A stretch of 63,863 bases of DNA, filler included, from Vannella sp. (Eukaryota), in assembly GCA_023345925.1 (NCBI GenBank). It is 6 parts of 6 records of this genome, joined end to end, with 100 filler letters (N's around TTAATTAATTAA, not from the genome) between each part and the next. Parts side by side here need not be neighbours in the genome. Positions count along the whole stretch, not along the records: positions 1 to 20,679 come from JAJQQN010000686.1; positions 20,780 to 39,400 come from JAJQQN010000831.1; 4 more parts are not named here. One strand, 5' to 3'. Positions 11,454-23,700 of this stretch are shown piece after piece. The first letter of the stretch is position 1. Each line of letters opens with the position of its first letter. The notes below the pieces were generated by a model. That model was not told the DNA's origin and ran no database searches. It saw nothing but the letters and a program-made list of their open reading frames with translations. Position numbers and translations under genes: made by a program.

Positions 11454-13510
11454 ATGGCGGGCATGTGGAAGCTGTTAGGGCGTGTTATGTCGTCGCAGGT
11501 GGACCCGTTGCAGCAGTTTAAGACAGAATGGGACAGTATACAGAAGTTCTACTTGGAGAAACGGCGTACGTGTGTGGAGGGAGAGTGGGGAGGCTGATGT
11601 TTGGGGGTAGAGGATCTGGAGGCGGGTGGGATCGCTCTTTCTCTGCAGCGGATGGTGCAGATCCTTTTGGAAGAAGAAGACCGACTTTGTTCGAATAATC
11701 CCACGCCCTTGCCAGGCCCCTGCCTCGACTACTTCTTCCGAGAAGGCGTTTTGCAGTTTCTCTCGAACACTTGCTCTCGTGACGTAGGATAGCTTACTGA
11801 AGCCTCTCTCTAGTTACTGATGGTCTGTTATAGAGTCCTGTGGGCATGCGCAAGCTCACCCTGATAGCGATATCCAACCTGCTTCGTGGGGCGCAGTACA
11901 TCCCTCTGCTCCCTCATCAGTCCGTGCAGATCCCTCTCTCTAGTCTTATCAGGAACTGTTTGGACCTCAAATTGAGCCAACAGCCGGACCAAGAGCAAGC
12001 CATGAGCACAGCAACCTTCGACGAAGAGTTCCTCGCCCTGTTGGAGACGATCTCGCTCAAGATTGCGCAGATTCCCAGCTGCATTCACTTCTTCATAGAC
12101 GAGAAAGACGGCTCAGTAACCTTCCCCATCTTCGACTGCCTCATCCTTCACGTTCAGCACCACGACACAAGAGGAGAGCGCTCTAGGCAAGCCATTGAGC
12201 GGCTCCTGGACGTGGCATCGAAAGGAAAGCGTGTTACTCGCTACATCCTCTCAACAGACTTCACAATGAGGGTCGTGCGTGCCACGATAGACAGTTATTT
12301 GAACATCTGTGAAGCCTACTCGTCTCATGCGGAGATCACAGGCCGCCAATTGGACTGCTTAGTCTTCTGTTCACAAGTTGTGAGCGTCTCTGCACCAGTA
12401 GGTCACCCTAACTAGCTGGGAATGAAGCTAACGCGACTTAGCCAATCGGCAATAAGATTCTGAAAGGCCTCCAAACGCGCTTCTTTGTGGGGCGCTTGAT
12501 TCCTGACTTCAGAAGCGAGTATGTCGATTGAATGAACCTTGTGGATAGCTACTAACAGGCGCAGGGAGCGCTTGAGAGTCGTACAGAGCTCAGCTTTCAT
12601 CCAATACTATTTCAGATACGTACAATGCCCCACAATGGTCGCAATGCTGTGGAAGCTTCTCCTTGGGAGCCATGAAGGACCAGAAATCAAAGGAGATAGG
12701 GACATTCACCCTCTCCGTCAGCTTCTACTGGAACGCATTCGGTCGCACGATGATTCTGTCGTTCTGGCAACTCTGGGGATTGTCGGAGCCATGATTGAGG
12801 TTCACGATGAGGAGCTGACAGACAACCTCTTCTTGAGAAACATCCCCGTGCGTGCTCTTAGCAAGTTCCAAACCACTTGGAATAGCAAGTCCTCCATTGC
12901 CACTCTTCGGCAATTGGCATCCAGCGTTGAGGAGCAAACGCCACAGGTAGCCGAAGATCGTGACTTTTTATTGCGCCTTCATGATGCCCAATTAGCAGTC
13001 TTCCAGGTCTTCCAGCAGACAGACCATTGGAAATACGAAACTCAACAAGAAAGGGACCCCCCATTCGAAGGCAGCCTTCTTCAGCAGTTGCTGTTTAGGA
13101 TGGAAGGGATGTTGGATAACTCAGAGATTGTCAATTTCTCTCTGACAGAGACATTCTTGAAGATCATTCGATTGCCACACCCAGCAATCTATCCTTACTT
13201 CCTCAATGCCAAGCAAGGTTACCCGTCATCTGTGGGCACTTTACCGAAGGCACTGCAGCTTGTGAGCGCCAAGATCCTCCGCCAAAGGGAGAAAGTCCAA
13301 GCTTATGCACCAAAGTTGCTCACTGTCAGGCAACAAAACCGGCAGCCAGATCATTTGTCCAAATACTACTCGTCTGATGGAGGCATTCTTCCCGAAGAGC
13401 GCCGCCTTCTGAACAACGTTGTGGTGTTTGAAGAGTTTTGCCACGAATTAGCGGCTTTGGCCCACGCAAAGACGGTCCAGTTGGCCCTCTTTGTCACAGA
13501 GACCTCATAA
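11454..13510 (+). CDS. FHF complex subunit FHIP (FAM160/RAI16-like)
   Basis: DPLQQFKTEWDSI, LQRMVQILLEEE...PGPCLDYF, MLDNSEIVNFSLT, PHPAIYPYFL, NVVVFEEFCHELAA; 4 introns. Confidence 0.85.
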
Positions 13511-14367
13511 ACTCAACGTATAGCTTTCAAACTGTCTTCCCGTATCGCTGAAACCTTCCTTCGCTCCCCTGAAGAGCTTTCGCATTCTCCTACTTGAGAT
13601 GAAGTCACATTCTGATGATTAGCGAGTCACTGTGCTTTGGTGGAAATGGAAGTTCTTAAGATCTGTGGATTACGTGGTTACCAACTTTCTTTGTTCAATG
13701 AAGTAGGGGAGAGAACGTGACGGGTGAGAGAATCCATGGAGCCTTGGCGACTGATCGCGCTTTGGATACAGAAAGCTGAAAACCTTAAATCATATAAGAA
13801 TCCGATTCCACCCACTCAGCATTGATTTTGGGGCCTCTTCCAAAGGTCCTGGTTGGTCGCCTAGCCCCGTGGATTTTCTCGGTCCGCGTTCACCCTATTG
13901 ATGCGTTCCCCGATGCAGTACTCGCAAGCCTTTGGATGAAAGAGTTAATTAGGTGAGAAGTTGGCGATGCAAAGGATTAGAGCGTTTTTGAGGCAGCTCT
14001 CACCCAACTGAAGATTTGGGAGTGAAACCCATTGAGTGGCAAGACCGATGAAAGGAAAAGGAAGGCATTTCCCCTCATTCTGTGCTTGAATGGGTCTTTC
14101 TTCGTCTTCTTGGGAGTTTGTGATGGTCCCAAAGGAGCTCATCGGGACTCTACAAGTTTTGGAATCCCCTTCCCCTTCTCTCGTGAATTTTCTCGCCGTT
14201 CTCCCCTTCCCCCTTCTCCCAGTGCCATGTCAGCTTCCGGAGTGGTACACAGGGTGATACATAGTACTTCCACTCTCAAGTCTTCCGAAAGGACACGGGG
14301 AAGACGAGGAGATACTTCAAGATCGCATGAGCGCCTCTCTGAGCCCTTTGCTTTTGATATTCTTCAT

Positions 14368-14817
14368 TTAGGTTGCTACTTTCGTTGCGTTTGCTCGTTC
14401 ATGGTAAGAGTCGCCAGATTGCCAGACTGAGAGAAGATAAGCGAATGAAATCAGGAGAGAATGGAACGTACCCGGTCGATCGGAAGGGAGGACAGCGCGT
14501 GGCTTAGCGATCTTCACGTGAAGCACTCTACCGCACAGCTCTGCTTCGTCCATGTTCTCCATTGCTGCTTTGGCATCCTCCACTTGCTCAAACTCGACAA
14601 AACCGAAGCCTTTGGACTCCCCTGTCACCCCCCAAGACGCTCCGTTAGCCCAAAAGAACCTTCTACAGACGTTCCACGTACGATTGCCCGGGTTCACCGC
14701 CACCTCCACATGTACTAGTTCGCCAAAAGGGACAAAGGCACCATACAGCAACCTCTCATCCACATCATCCGCTAATCCTCCCACAAACAGGGTCCGCTTT
14801 TGGTTCTGCACAGCCAT
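14368..14817 (-). CDS. RRM protein resembling the N-terminal RRM of cyclophilin E/CYP33, without a PPIase domain
   Basis: KRTLFVGGLADDVDERLLYGAFVPFGEL, KGFGFVEFE..EDAKAAMENMDEAELCGRVLHVKIAKP, RPVW; 2 in-frame introns. Confidence 0.85.
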   Translation of the reverse strand: MAVQNQKRTLFVGGLADDVDERLLYGAFVPFGELVHVEVAVNPGNRTWNVCRRFFWANGASWGVTGESKGFGFVEFEQVEDAKAAMENMDEAELCGRVLHVKIAKPRAVLPSDRPGTFHSLLISFAYLLSVWQSGDSYHERANATKVAT

Positions 14818-14855
14818 GGCACGCGAACTGGCTGACAAAAAATGGAGAATCCTAG

Positions 14856-14870
14856 AACCCTAAACCCTAA
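14856..14870. promoter_or_regulatory. tandem telo-box-like motif (AACCCTAAACCCTAA) in a divergent promoter
   Basis: Two CCCTAA(A) units in the 153-bp gap between divergent ATGs at 14817 and 14971. Confidence 0.45.
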
Positions 14871-14970
14871 TTGAACTTCTTCACTCTTGTTTGGATGAAC
14901 TGCTTTAAATTTGGGCCATTTTGGGTGGCACCTTTGTCCCAAATAGAATCATTTCAGCAAGGCTTGGGCG

Positions 14971-17707
14971 ATGGTGGGTGGCACCTTCTTTGGGGGCTCG
15001 TACGGTCTAACGCCTTCTGCTCGGTAGAGGGGGCAACAGGAGTCGCTCAAAGTGACTCAGGGGTATGTGGCGTACCTGAAAGAGTCGAGTGGAAAGTGGA
15101 AGTCGTGCTGGGCGCACTTGTCGCGCCAGGGACTTCTCTTTTATCCTCACCAATATGTAGGGAACACTCCCCTTCTTGTATGGATTCATAGAAGGATACT
15201 CACACATGAAGAAGGGGGGAGATCCTTCGTTTAAAGCTGAAATCACGCCAAAGACGAAAGGGAGAGTCCTCGTCGTTCATGGATTGGCCAACGTCATAGA
15301 AATCAGCTTCCTGGACAGTACAGAGACACGTTCTACTCAAATCGCTTTGCAGAGCAAGGTGGATATGACCCGTTGGCTTGCTGCACTCGAGGTTTGTCTC
15401 ACCTTGCTTCCTTCGCCCTCCCGCTGAAGCAGAGATCAGGCCCTTGCGCAGTACTTTGATGCGGCACTGCGAGACTCTCAAGAGACCATGTCTTTGATGG
15501 ACAAGTCAGACAATGAGCTTGAGGAGGACTTCATTCAGAGGCTGGGGAAGCACTATTCGGATGACGACGGGCTAGCCCCTGTGCTTGGCCCCCTGTCCAA
15601 AGGCAAGCGTTTGTCCAAGACCAACATCATGTTTGAAGTGATTGACAGCTCCTCCGGAGGAGAGAGCTCGGATGGGGAAATGGGAGCGCGGGTTACTCGA
15701 GGAGGAAAGCGGAAGAGGAAGACTCTGAGGGATATCATCACCCATGACTCGATGCTTCTCATGAGTGCTAGTAGATCAGAGATCTCAAGTGAATGTGAGG
15801 AGGAGCCAACACGAGAAGCAGAGGATGAAGAAGAGGTTGACATCCCTGTCAACCCGCGCCTGATCAAGATGGTTGAGGATGTTGCAGCCTTTAAGCGAAG
15901 GAGCCTGCAAGTTCCGAGAGAAGCTGAAGCAGGAACTGAGGGTGAGAGTGGCAGCCGCGTGGGCTTTGGCGTGGTGGAACAGATTCCTCTTCAGTCTACC
16001 GAGAAGAGCCGTTTCGTTGCCGCTGCGAACTTGGGCAAGAACTTCCAACCAAAGAGTATCTTGAAGAAGAGCTCGTATGCGGAAGAACCGCGACGGACGA
16101 AGAAGGCGAACAAGAAAAAGAATGTCTCACTCAATCTCTCCCAGACCCCAAGCCCTGTTCGTGCACCCAGCGGTGGAGGAAGTTCTCAAGACAAGAAGCC
16201 TACCAACTGGCAACTGAACGAGACACAATTTACCACTTCAACGACAAACGGTGTCGAGACTGTCAAGAATCCGTTGTACAATCCCCTTCTTGCTCAACTT
16301 CGAACTCAACTAGAATCTCTGAGGGTCAAAGCAGCTAAACCAGGAGCTGAGCCTGCAACATTAGATATGAGTGGAAGAGAGCTGACCAGTTTCCCTGATG
16401 TTATCTGCAAGCACACCTATTTATCTGTTGTCAACCTTTATATGAATCAAATCCGCACTCTACCTGCTGAGATTGGCCGCCTGACGAGTTTGGTACAATT
16501 AGGACTCAACGAGAACTCTCTTTTACAAGTTCCTCGCTCTATTGGACAGCTTAGCGCCCTCCAGATCTTAGATTTACGTTATAATCGCCTTCAAGAGCTT
16601 CCCAAAGAGATTGGAGACTTGAAACTGTTGAAACGTCTCTTTTTGCGTTACAACCGATTAATTTCTCTTCCGGAGAGTATTGGTCAGTTAGCTAATTTAG
16701 AGCTTCTCTCTGTCCGTAACAATAGCCTTTATGACCTGCCAGAGGGTATCAATCAGCTTCGCCGGTTGCGAGTGTTGGACATTCACCAAAACCAAATCGG
16801 TCGTCTACCACTTCTGGGCAACTTGGTGGAGCTTGTCGACTTGGATGCACAGTACAACCAACTTTCTCGATTACCCAAAGATATTGCCAAGTGCCAGGCA
16901 ATTCGTGTGCTCCGGCTTGGTCATAACAAGATTAAGGAGTTCCCCGTAGAGATCTGCCAAATAACAGGCCTCGAAGAACTAGATTTGGAAGGGAACATGC
17001 TCGTCACCCTCTCAGAAGAAGTTCGAAACATGAACAAGCTGAAGCAGCTTTATCTCTCTCGCAACAAGCTCACGGCTCTGCCTTCAGCCATGGGGCAGAT
17101 GGTTCGGTTGCAACAATTGTTCCTCAATGGGAACCGTCTCTCCGAGCTCCCAGCATCTTTTGGGAAGCTAAGAGAGCTGAAAGAGCTTGATTTAGGCACA
17201 AACAACTTTACAGTATTCCCTAGCCCACTCAACCTTCGTTACGTCTCGACTCTTTCCATCCAAGACAACACAATCACTTCTTTGCCTCCAAATGTCGGTG
17301 AGATGGTGAGCTTAAAGACAATCAATCTTGGAGAGAACCAATTGCGCTCATTGCCAGACTCTTTCTGCCTTATCAGTACATTAACTAATCTACGACTGAA
17401 TTGCAATGAGTTGAAGAAGCTCCCCAACAATCTGGCTGGCTTGGAATCTCTTCGCACACTTCAAATGGATAATAACCTATTCGAAGAGCTTCCTCCCCAA
17501 GTCGGCTTCCTACTTAATCTGACAACGCTTTCCCTTCTCGACAATGACTTGAACGATCTCCCTGATGAACTCGTCCAACTACATAAGCTGAAACAACTCA
17601 AAGTGGACGGCAATCCCCTCGAATGCTTCCCTCCTGGCATTTCCGGCGGTGCTGCCGTCTTCCAGTACATCGGTCAACGCGTCAAAGAGAAAGAGTTCGG
17701 TCTGTGA
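14971..17707 (+). CDS. PH domain + acidic/low-complexity linker + SHOC2/SUR-8-like LRR protein
   Basis: QGYVAYLKESSGKWKSCWAHL...MTRWLAALE (PH); ~18 LRRs with LP.EIG.L..L..L.L..N.L consensus; three short introns in the 5' part. Confidence 0.8.
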
Positions 17708-17771
17708 GCTGCCACAAAGTTTTCCATTACATAAAATCCCGCTCTTCAAGATCACTTTACGCCGTGCTTCA

Positions 17772-17803
17772 GTCACGTGACCCACAAACCCTAATTAGGG
17801 TTT
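17772..17803. promoter_or_regulatory. palindromic E-box GTCACGTGAC next to a perfect 18-bp palindrome AAACCCTAATTAGGGTTT
   Basis: Both palindromes are read directly in the 151-bp gap upstream of the RGS-RasGEF ATG at 17859. Confidence 0.5.
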
Positions 17804-17858
17804 TACCTGTCGGTTGGCCGCTTCCTTCCGCATTTACTTCTCTCTCGAAAGAGGGAAC

Positions 17859-20679
17859 ATGAACGAGGACCCGAATGAGTGTAAGTTGGTGTTGGAGAGA
17901 AGAGCGAGTGTCTGATAAGCGCGCAGATGCTGGCGGGGTCCTTTCCAAGAAAGCGCATCCCAAGAAGAAGAGGAAGAGGGGAACCTCCCGAAAGGCTTTA
18001 CCAGACCTTTCATCGAGCTTATTGGATGAGCTGTTAGAGAGTGTGTCTGAAGATGACACTCGAGAGCTGCAGATGACGCAGATTCAATTGGACTCCATCG
18101 CGGAGTCCATCAACGCTCTAGAACTGGACCAAACCCCGCGATCCGATGGTTCTGAGACTGCAGATGAAGCTATACTCGAAGAAGTAACTCCCTTATCTAT
18201 CCAAGAGGAGAAACCCGCCCCTATACGAAGGATGACGTCTTCAGCAAGAGTACACCGCCCTCCTCCTCGTCCAGCGGTGGTGAACGGGAAGCTTTCTACC
18301 GCTGAAAGATCATCTCTGGGTAGATCTCGTACGGCAGAGGAGACTCCAGCAGTGCGGATGATCCGCTCTGCAACGGCCATGCCTCCGACTTTGGGGAGAG
18401 ACAGGGAGAGGCAGCAAGCCGAACGCACACTCAAGAAGAACCTGATGATGGAATCTGCTCTCAGTTCATCGTCTCTGTATCGTGCCAGGCGCTACACAGT
18501 GACCCAAAACAACTGCGATCTTCCCTTCTCAGCACTTCAAGTCGAAGCTGAAGCTGTGCGGTCCAGGCGTGCCACGATAGACGAAGGGGAAGGAGAGCAT
18601 CTTCCAACGGAGGACCTGTTTGCCGGACAAAGAGCCAGAATGCGCGAGGTGATGGAAAGCATGTTGGCGGACCCCTGGCGAAACAGTTTGTTCCTCCGCT
18701 TCCTCCAAGGGCGCCAGAAGGACAGCTTCCTCGAGTTCTACCTTGAAGTGTTGTCTTACGAAGCCTCTGTAGGTCAACTGAAAGCCCTGGAAGGGACGAG
18801 TACAAGTGCCCGGAACCGGCTCCGTTCGGAAGGGAGGGCGATTTGCACCCGCTTTGCACAGGAGAAAGGGCTTCCTCAGAATGTAAGAGCTATGCTGGCC
18901 GAGTTCAGTTGGCCTTTCCTTCGCCCTCTGGTGGAAGACAGCACTTCGGGCTCCCGTGAGGAAGATAACGATAACGATCTCTCCTTCTTGGATGCGAGTG
19001 ACTCGGAGACACTTTCTTCAGATGAGGGAAGCGAGGATGACTTACAATATCTGGAAAGTGACCCAGACTGCCTGGATTCCAACATGATGAATGCACTCCA
19101 GACAAATGATCCTGCACTGTTTTGCCGTACGTCCCCTTCAGGGGTATATCAGCTGCTAATGATTGTCTAGGAAACCCGTCAGCTATCATTGATCACTTCA
19201 AGAGCCTCCAGGAAGAACCAAAGGAAGTGATAATGGAGGAATTCGTTTTTGTCCTTCCCCGAAGGAGAGTTTACAATGCTTTGCTCACAGAGCTATTGCC
19301 AGAGTTTCTTATGTCTCATAACCAGGTTTCCAGCCTAAACCGTTCCTTTTCTAACCCTCCTGAACCACCCAAACGCCTCATCGAAAATCCAGAATCTCGC
19401 TCGATTGCGTCCCCACGAACCCCAGATTCCGATACAAAGGAAGAGGTGATGGAGGCACAAAGCCAACCAACGGACTTTGAGGAGACTCAAGAACCACAAG
19501 CGGAATCTGAAGACATCTTCTACAGCAAAGACATGGCGGGGATGCCTGTCATTGACTCGTGCACATTCGCCAAGTGCGTTTCTATCATCATTACGACCGG
19601 GAACATCAGTGAGAGCCTCCATTTTATGTTATTCTGTCCTCTCACCCTTTCCCCAGGTAATGACTTCCACTTTTCGGCCGTGACCACATTCAGCTACTTT
19701 TGTTCTTTATCGGAACTTTTGAACGAGATTCAGCGCCAATTGGGGCAGATTCGAGAGAACGCTGGTCCCAATCTAGTGGAAGTTAACACAGCGATTGTTC
19801 CCGCACTTATCCGCACCTCCGGCGTTCTACGGCAGCTTGCAGACGCTCATTTAAGCTACTTTCGCCAGGATCAAGTGCAACTCAAGTTACTGCTGGGCTT
19901 TATAGGGTCTACGATCACTCCCATTATCAAAAAGGCGGGGACTGATCTTAAAGAGTACATTATTAAGCGGGCCAGTGAGTGACTTCCTCGATCCCTTCAC
20001 CTAGTTAACGTCTCCTTTCAGAGCAAAAGGTTTTTCCTGAGTTGGAGCACCAGTTCGACGAGAAGCCACCAAAGCTTAAGATTCACAAGTCCATCCTTGC
20101 CACCAGCCCTGCTGACCTTCAAAAGATCCATTTATCTGCTCTCCATCCCACCGAACTTGCTCGGCAGTTAGCAATCTTGGACCACGGAATCTATCGCGCA
20201 ATCCGAGCAGAAGAGTGTCTCCACATGCGTTGGACCAAAGAGGACAAATTAGACAAGTCTCCCAATATCATCAAGTCTATTCGGCAATTCTGCAAGTGCG
20301 TTACACCCTACTTCCCACCCACACCCAGTGACTAACCCAAAACAGTGTTGGCAACTGGGTAGTGTCCCAAATTGTGCAAGAGTATGATTCCGAGAAACGA
20401 GCCCAACTCATCTACCAGGTACTTTGCGCAGCGTATGAAAGCTTCCAGCTCCGCAACTTCAACGGGGCCATGGCATGTAAGAATTGTACAATTCTCTCTC
20501 TTTAGGGATCAACTCACCCGAAAACAGTCATTTCTGGTCTCCAGAATCATTGCGTGTTCCGATTGAAGAAGACGTGGGACCTCCTTCCAGAGAGGGGCTG
20601 GGACATTTGGGAAGAGCTTCGAGAAGTGTTCAAATGCGACCAGAACTTTGCCACACTCCGCGCCGTCAACTGCCGCTGC
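17859..20679 (+). CDS. RGS domain + RasGEF_N + RasGEF (CDC25) protein, 3' truncated at contig end
   Basis: MLADPWRNSLFLRFLQ...FLEFYLEV (RGS); IDSCTFAKCV (REM); HPTELARQLAILDH..YRAI, SPNI, LRNFNGAMA. Confidence 0.85.
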
Positions 20680-20779
20680 NNNNNNNNNNNNNNNNNNNNN
20701 NNNNNNNNNNNNNNNNNNNNNNNTTAATTAATTAANNNNNNNNNNNNNNNNNNNNNNNNNNNNNNNNNNNNNNNNNNNN
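20680..20779. other. artificial contig linker
   Basis: N44-TTAATTAATTAA-N44, with stops in all six frames; five identical copies in the window. Confidence 0.98.
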
Positions 20780-20780
20780 G

Positions 20781-23700
20781 ACAGAAGCATCCTCCTTTTC
20801 AATTTCCGGTGGCAATTTCGTGATGGATCAAGCTTCTGGACTGACCACAGAACAATCTTCATTCTCAATCGAGGGAGGAAGCGTTGTGATGAATATGGGA
20901 TCTGTTGCTGCTCTGGCAGACAACTCAACATTCTCTGTGCTTGCGGGCAGCTTAACCATGAGTGGCACCTCAAATTTGCATCTGGCAAACGCATCCTCCT
21001 TTGTGATTTCTGGAGGCAACTTTGTGATGGAGGGAAATTCTGGACTGTCTACAGAACAATCTTCATTCTCCATCGAGGGAGGAAGCGTTGTGATGAACAT
21101 GGGATCTACTGCTACCCTGGCAGACAGCTCAACATTCTCTGTGCTTGGCGGCAGCTTAACCTTGAACAGCACCTCCAATCTGCATCTGACAGAGGAATCC
21201 TCCTTCACCATTTCCAACGGAAACTTCGTGATGGACCAAGGCTCAGTCCTTGAGGCAGAGGAATCTTCGTTCACCGTTGCTGGTGGAAGCGTTGAATTAA
21301 GCTCTTCATCTTCTTTGAGTCTGACACGGGGATCCAATCTCTTCATTACCAACGGCAGCTTGATTGTTGATGGAGTGGCTAACATCAGTATGGCGGATGG
21401 CTCTTCCCTATCAATGTCAGGGGGAAACTTCGCGTTGGATTCTTCTTCAGATATGATTATGGCAGAATCTTCTTTCAATATCAGCGGAGGGAGTGTTACA
21501 ATGGACTTGTCCTCTTCTCTTACTATTCTTTCAAATTCAAACTTCTTCGTCACTGGAGGGAGCATGACTATGGAACAAAACGCGCTTATTGACATGGCAG
21601 ATCGGTCTACATTCTCTATTTCTGGAGGAGGCTTAATTATGGATGACGCTGCACAGTTGAAAATGGCGGAATCCTCTTTTGTTATCTCTGCTGGCAGTCT
21701 GGAGTTGAACAAGAACTCTTCATTGATCATGAACCAGAACTCTGACTTTGCTGTAACCGGAGGAAGCCTCACAATGGAAGTTAATGCTGCTCTCACAATT
21801 GTGAGAGGCTCATCCTTTGAATTGTCCGCTGGTAGCGTTCTAGCAAACGCAAACTCCGCTATCCGTTTGTCGGAAGGATCCTCCTTCTCAGTCTCCGGTG
21901 GAAGTCTCACCATGAATGCGGATACCCAACTTGCTTTGGTGGAAGACTCTTCCTTCACGATATCTGGCGGTGATCTTCAAATGAGTTCTCTTTCAAGCTT
22001 GACGTTAGCAGAATCATCTTTTGCCCTAGCTGGTGGCAGCGTTTCAATGACCTCATCTACTTTCATCAACATGTTTGGGAGTTCCAACTTCACTGTATCT
22101 CAAGGAAGCCTGATAATGGACTCCACTTCAATTATCGAAATTGCTGGAGACTCTTCAATGACAGTTTCTGGTGGTAGCTTTGGCATGAGCGCCTCGACAA
22201 TTTTGAACTTGTCCGGAGGCTCCCTTCTGTCTGTATCCGGTGGTGACGTGTCATTAATTGACTCAAGTTCAATTCAATTAGTCCAATCAACACTGTCTGT
22301 TACCCAAGGCAACTTTGGTCTCAGTGATAACACTGATGCTACGCTTTCAGAATCAGTCATCTCCATCTCTGGTGGTAACGTTCTATTTGACAATGATTCT
22401 ACCTTCCAAAGTGTTGCATCAACCATGAGTATCTCTTGCGGATTTGCCATTTACGACGACAGGGCTGTCTTTGAGGCTACTGGAACCAGCATTCTCATTG
22501 ATAATTCAAAATGCATTCAATCCCGACTTTCCAATCCCATCAGCAAAGACGACTCGCTGGTCTTTGGTGGAGAAGCTTTCTTTAATATTAGCCAAAACAC
22601 TCAGGTCCAGGTACTCCGAGGTAACTTTGCCTTTGTAGAATCGGGACATAGCAGTGTGGTTGACTCTAAGATCTCCGTTCTTGGCGGGAATATCAACCTC
22701 GGTGACGTCTCTTCCCACTCGTTTGCCCGCTCTGATGTCACAATTGAAGCAGGATCTCTCTCCATTTCCGGCAATAGCGCTGCTTCGTTCATTGATAATG
22801 CTGCTATCTTAGTGAAAGGAGGAGACTTCTCTGTTCACGGCCAAGCAGTAGTTTTATTGACAGACTCTGTTGCAAGTATCTCTCAAGGAAATGCACTTTT
22901 CCGAGGCAGTGAGGCGAACTGGATCCGCTCCACTCTTCAAGTCTCTGGAAATGGTAACATTCAGTTTGGCATTACCAGCACATCCCTCTTCCAAGAGGCA
23001 AAGATGAGCTTGTCTGGCTCCGGTCTGCTCGAATTGTTAGAAAGCGCGGTGATTGATGTTCGCTCTTCAGACATCACAGTAGAAGGCGGAACTTTCTTAA
23101 TCTCAGGATCTGCTAAGATTGATATTCTTGCATCAACCTATACTATCAATGGCGGCCAAACATCCTACGAAGCGGACTCAAAAATTGCCATTCACGAGTC
23201 AGTCTTGAGTGTCACTGCTGGAGATGTCCTTTTGAGTGGCAACAGCCTGCTGGAACTTGGAGAAGGCACCACTTATAAGGTCACAGGCGGCAACTTTAAA
23301 TCTACTGGAACCTCGAAGCTTCTGTTGAGTGGCGGATCCTGCTTTGATTTGCAACAAGGCTCGGTTGGATATGGTGGCATTAGCTCCACAGTTCTTTCCA
23401 GCTCTTGTTGGAACATAACAGGTGGTAACGCTGTGGTATCTGACTATGCCTCTTACGAACTGAACGGAGAGAGCTTCCTCAGTATCACTCGTGGCTCTCT
23501 GACCGCCCAAGATGGAGCTACTTTCACTGTTGATAACTCAAGAATTCTTATTGATGGTGGAAGCTTTACCGCTCTCAACTCCACTTATTTGGGCATTGTG
23601 AATGGAGGAATCGTCCAAGTGAACAGTGGAAACGCAGCTTTCTTGGGTCAAGTGACGGCTTCCATTGATAACTCCCAATTCTCAGTTGATGGAGGTTTTG

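Noticed and set aside
13511..14367. Hidden gene or ncRNA in the long gap between convergent genes
   Set aside because: I found no recognisable motif, tRNA cloverleaf or convincing spliced frame by eye; an Infernal/RNA-seq check would be needed.
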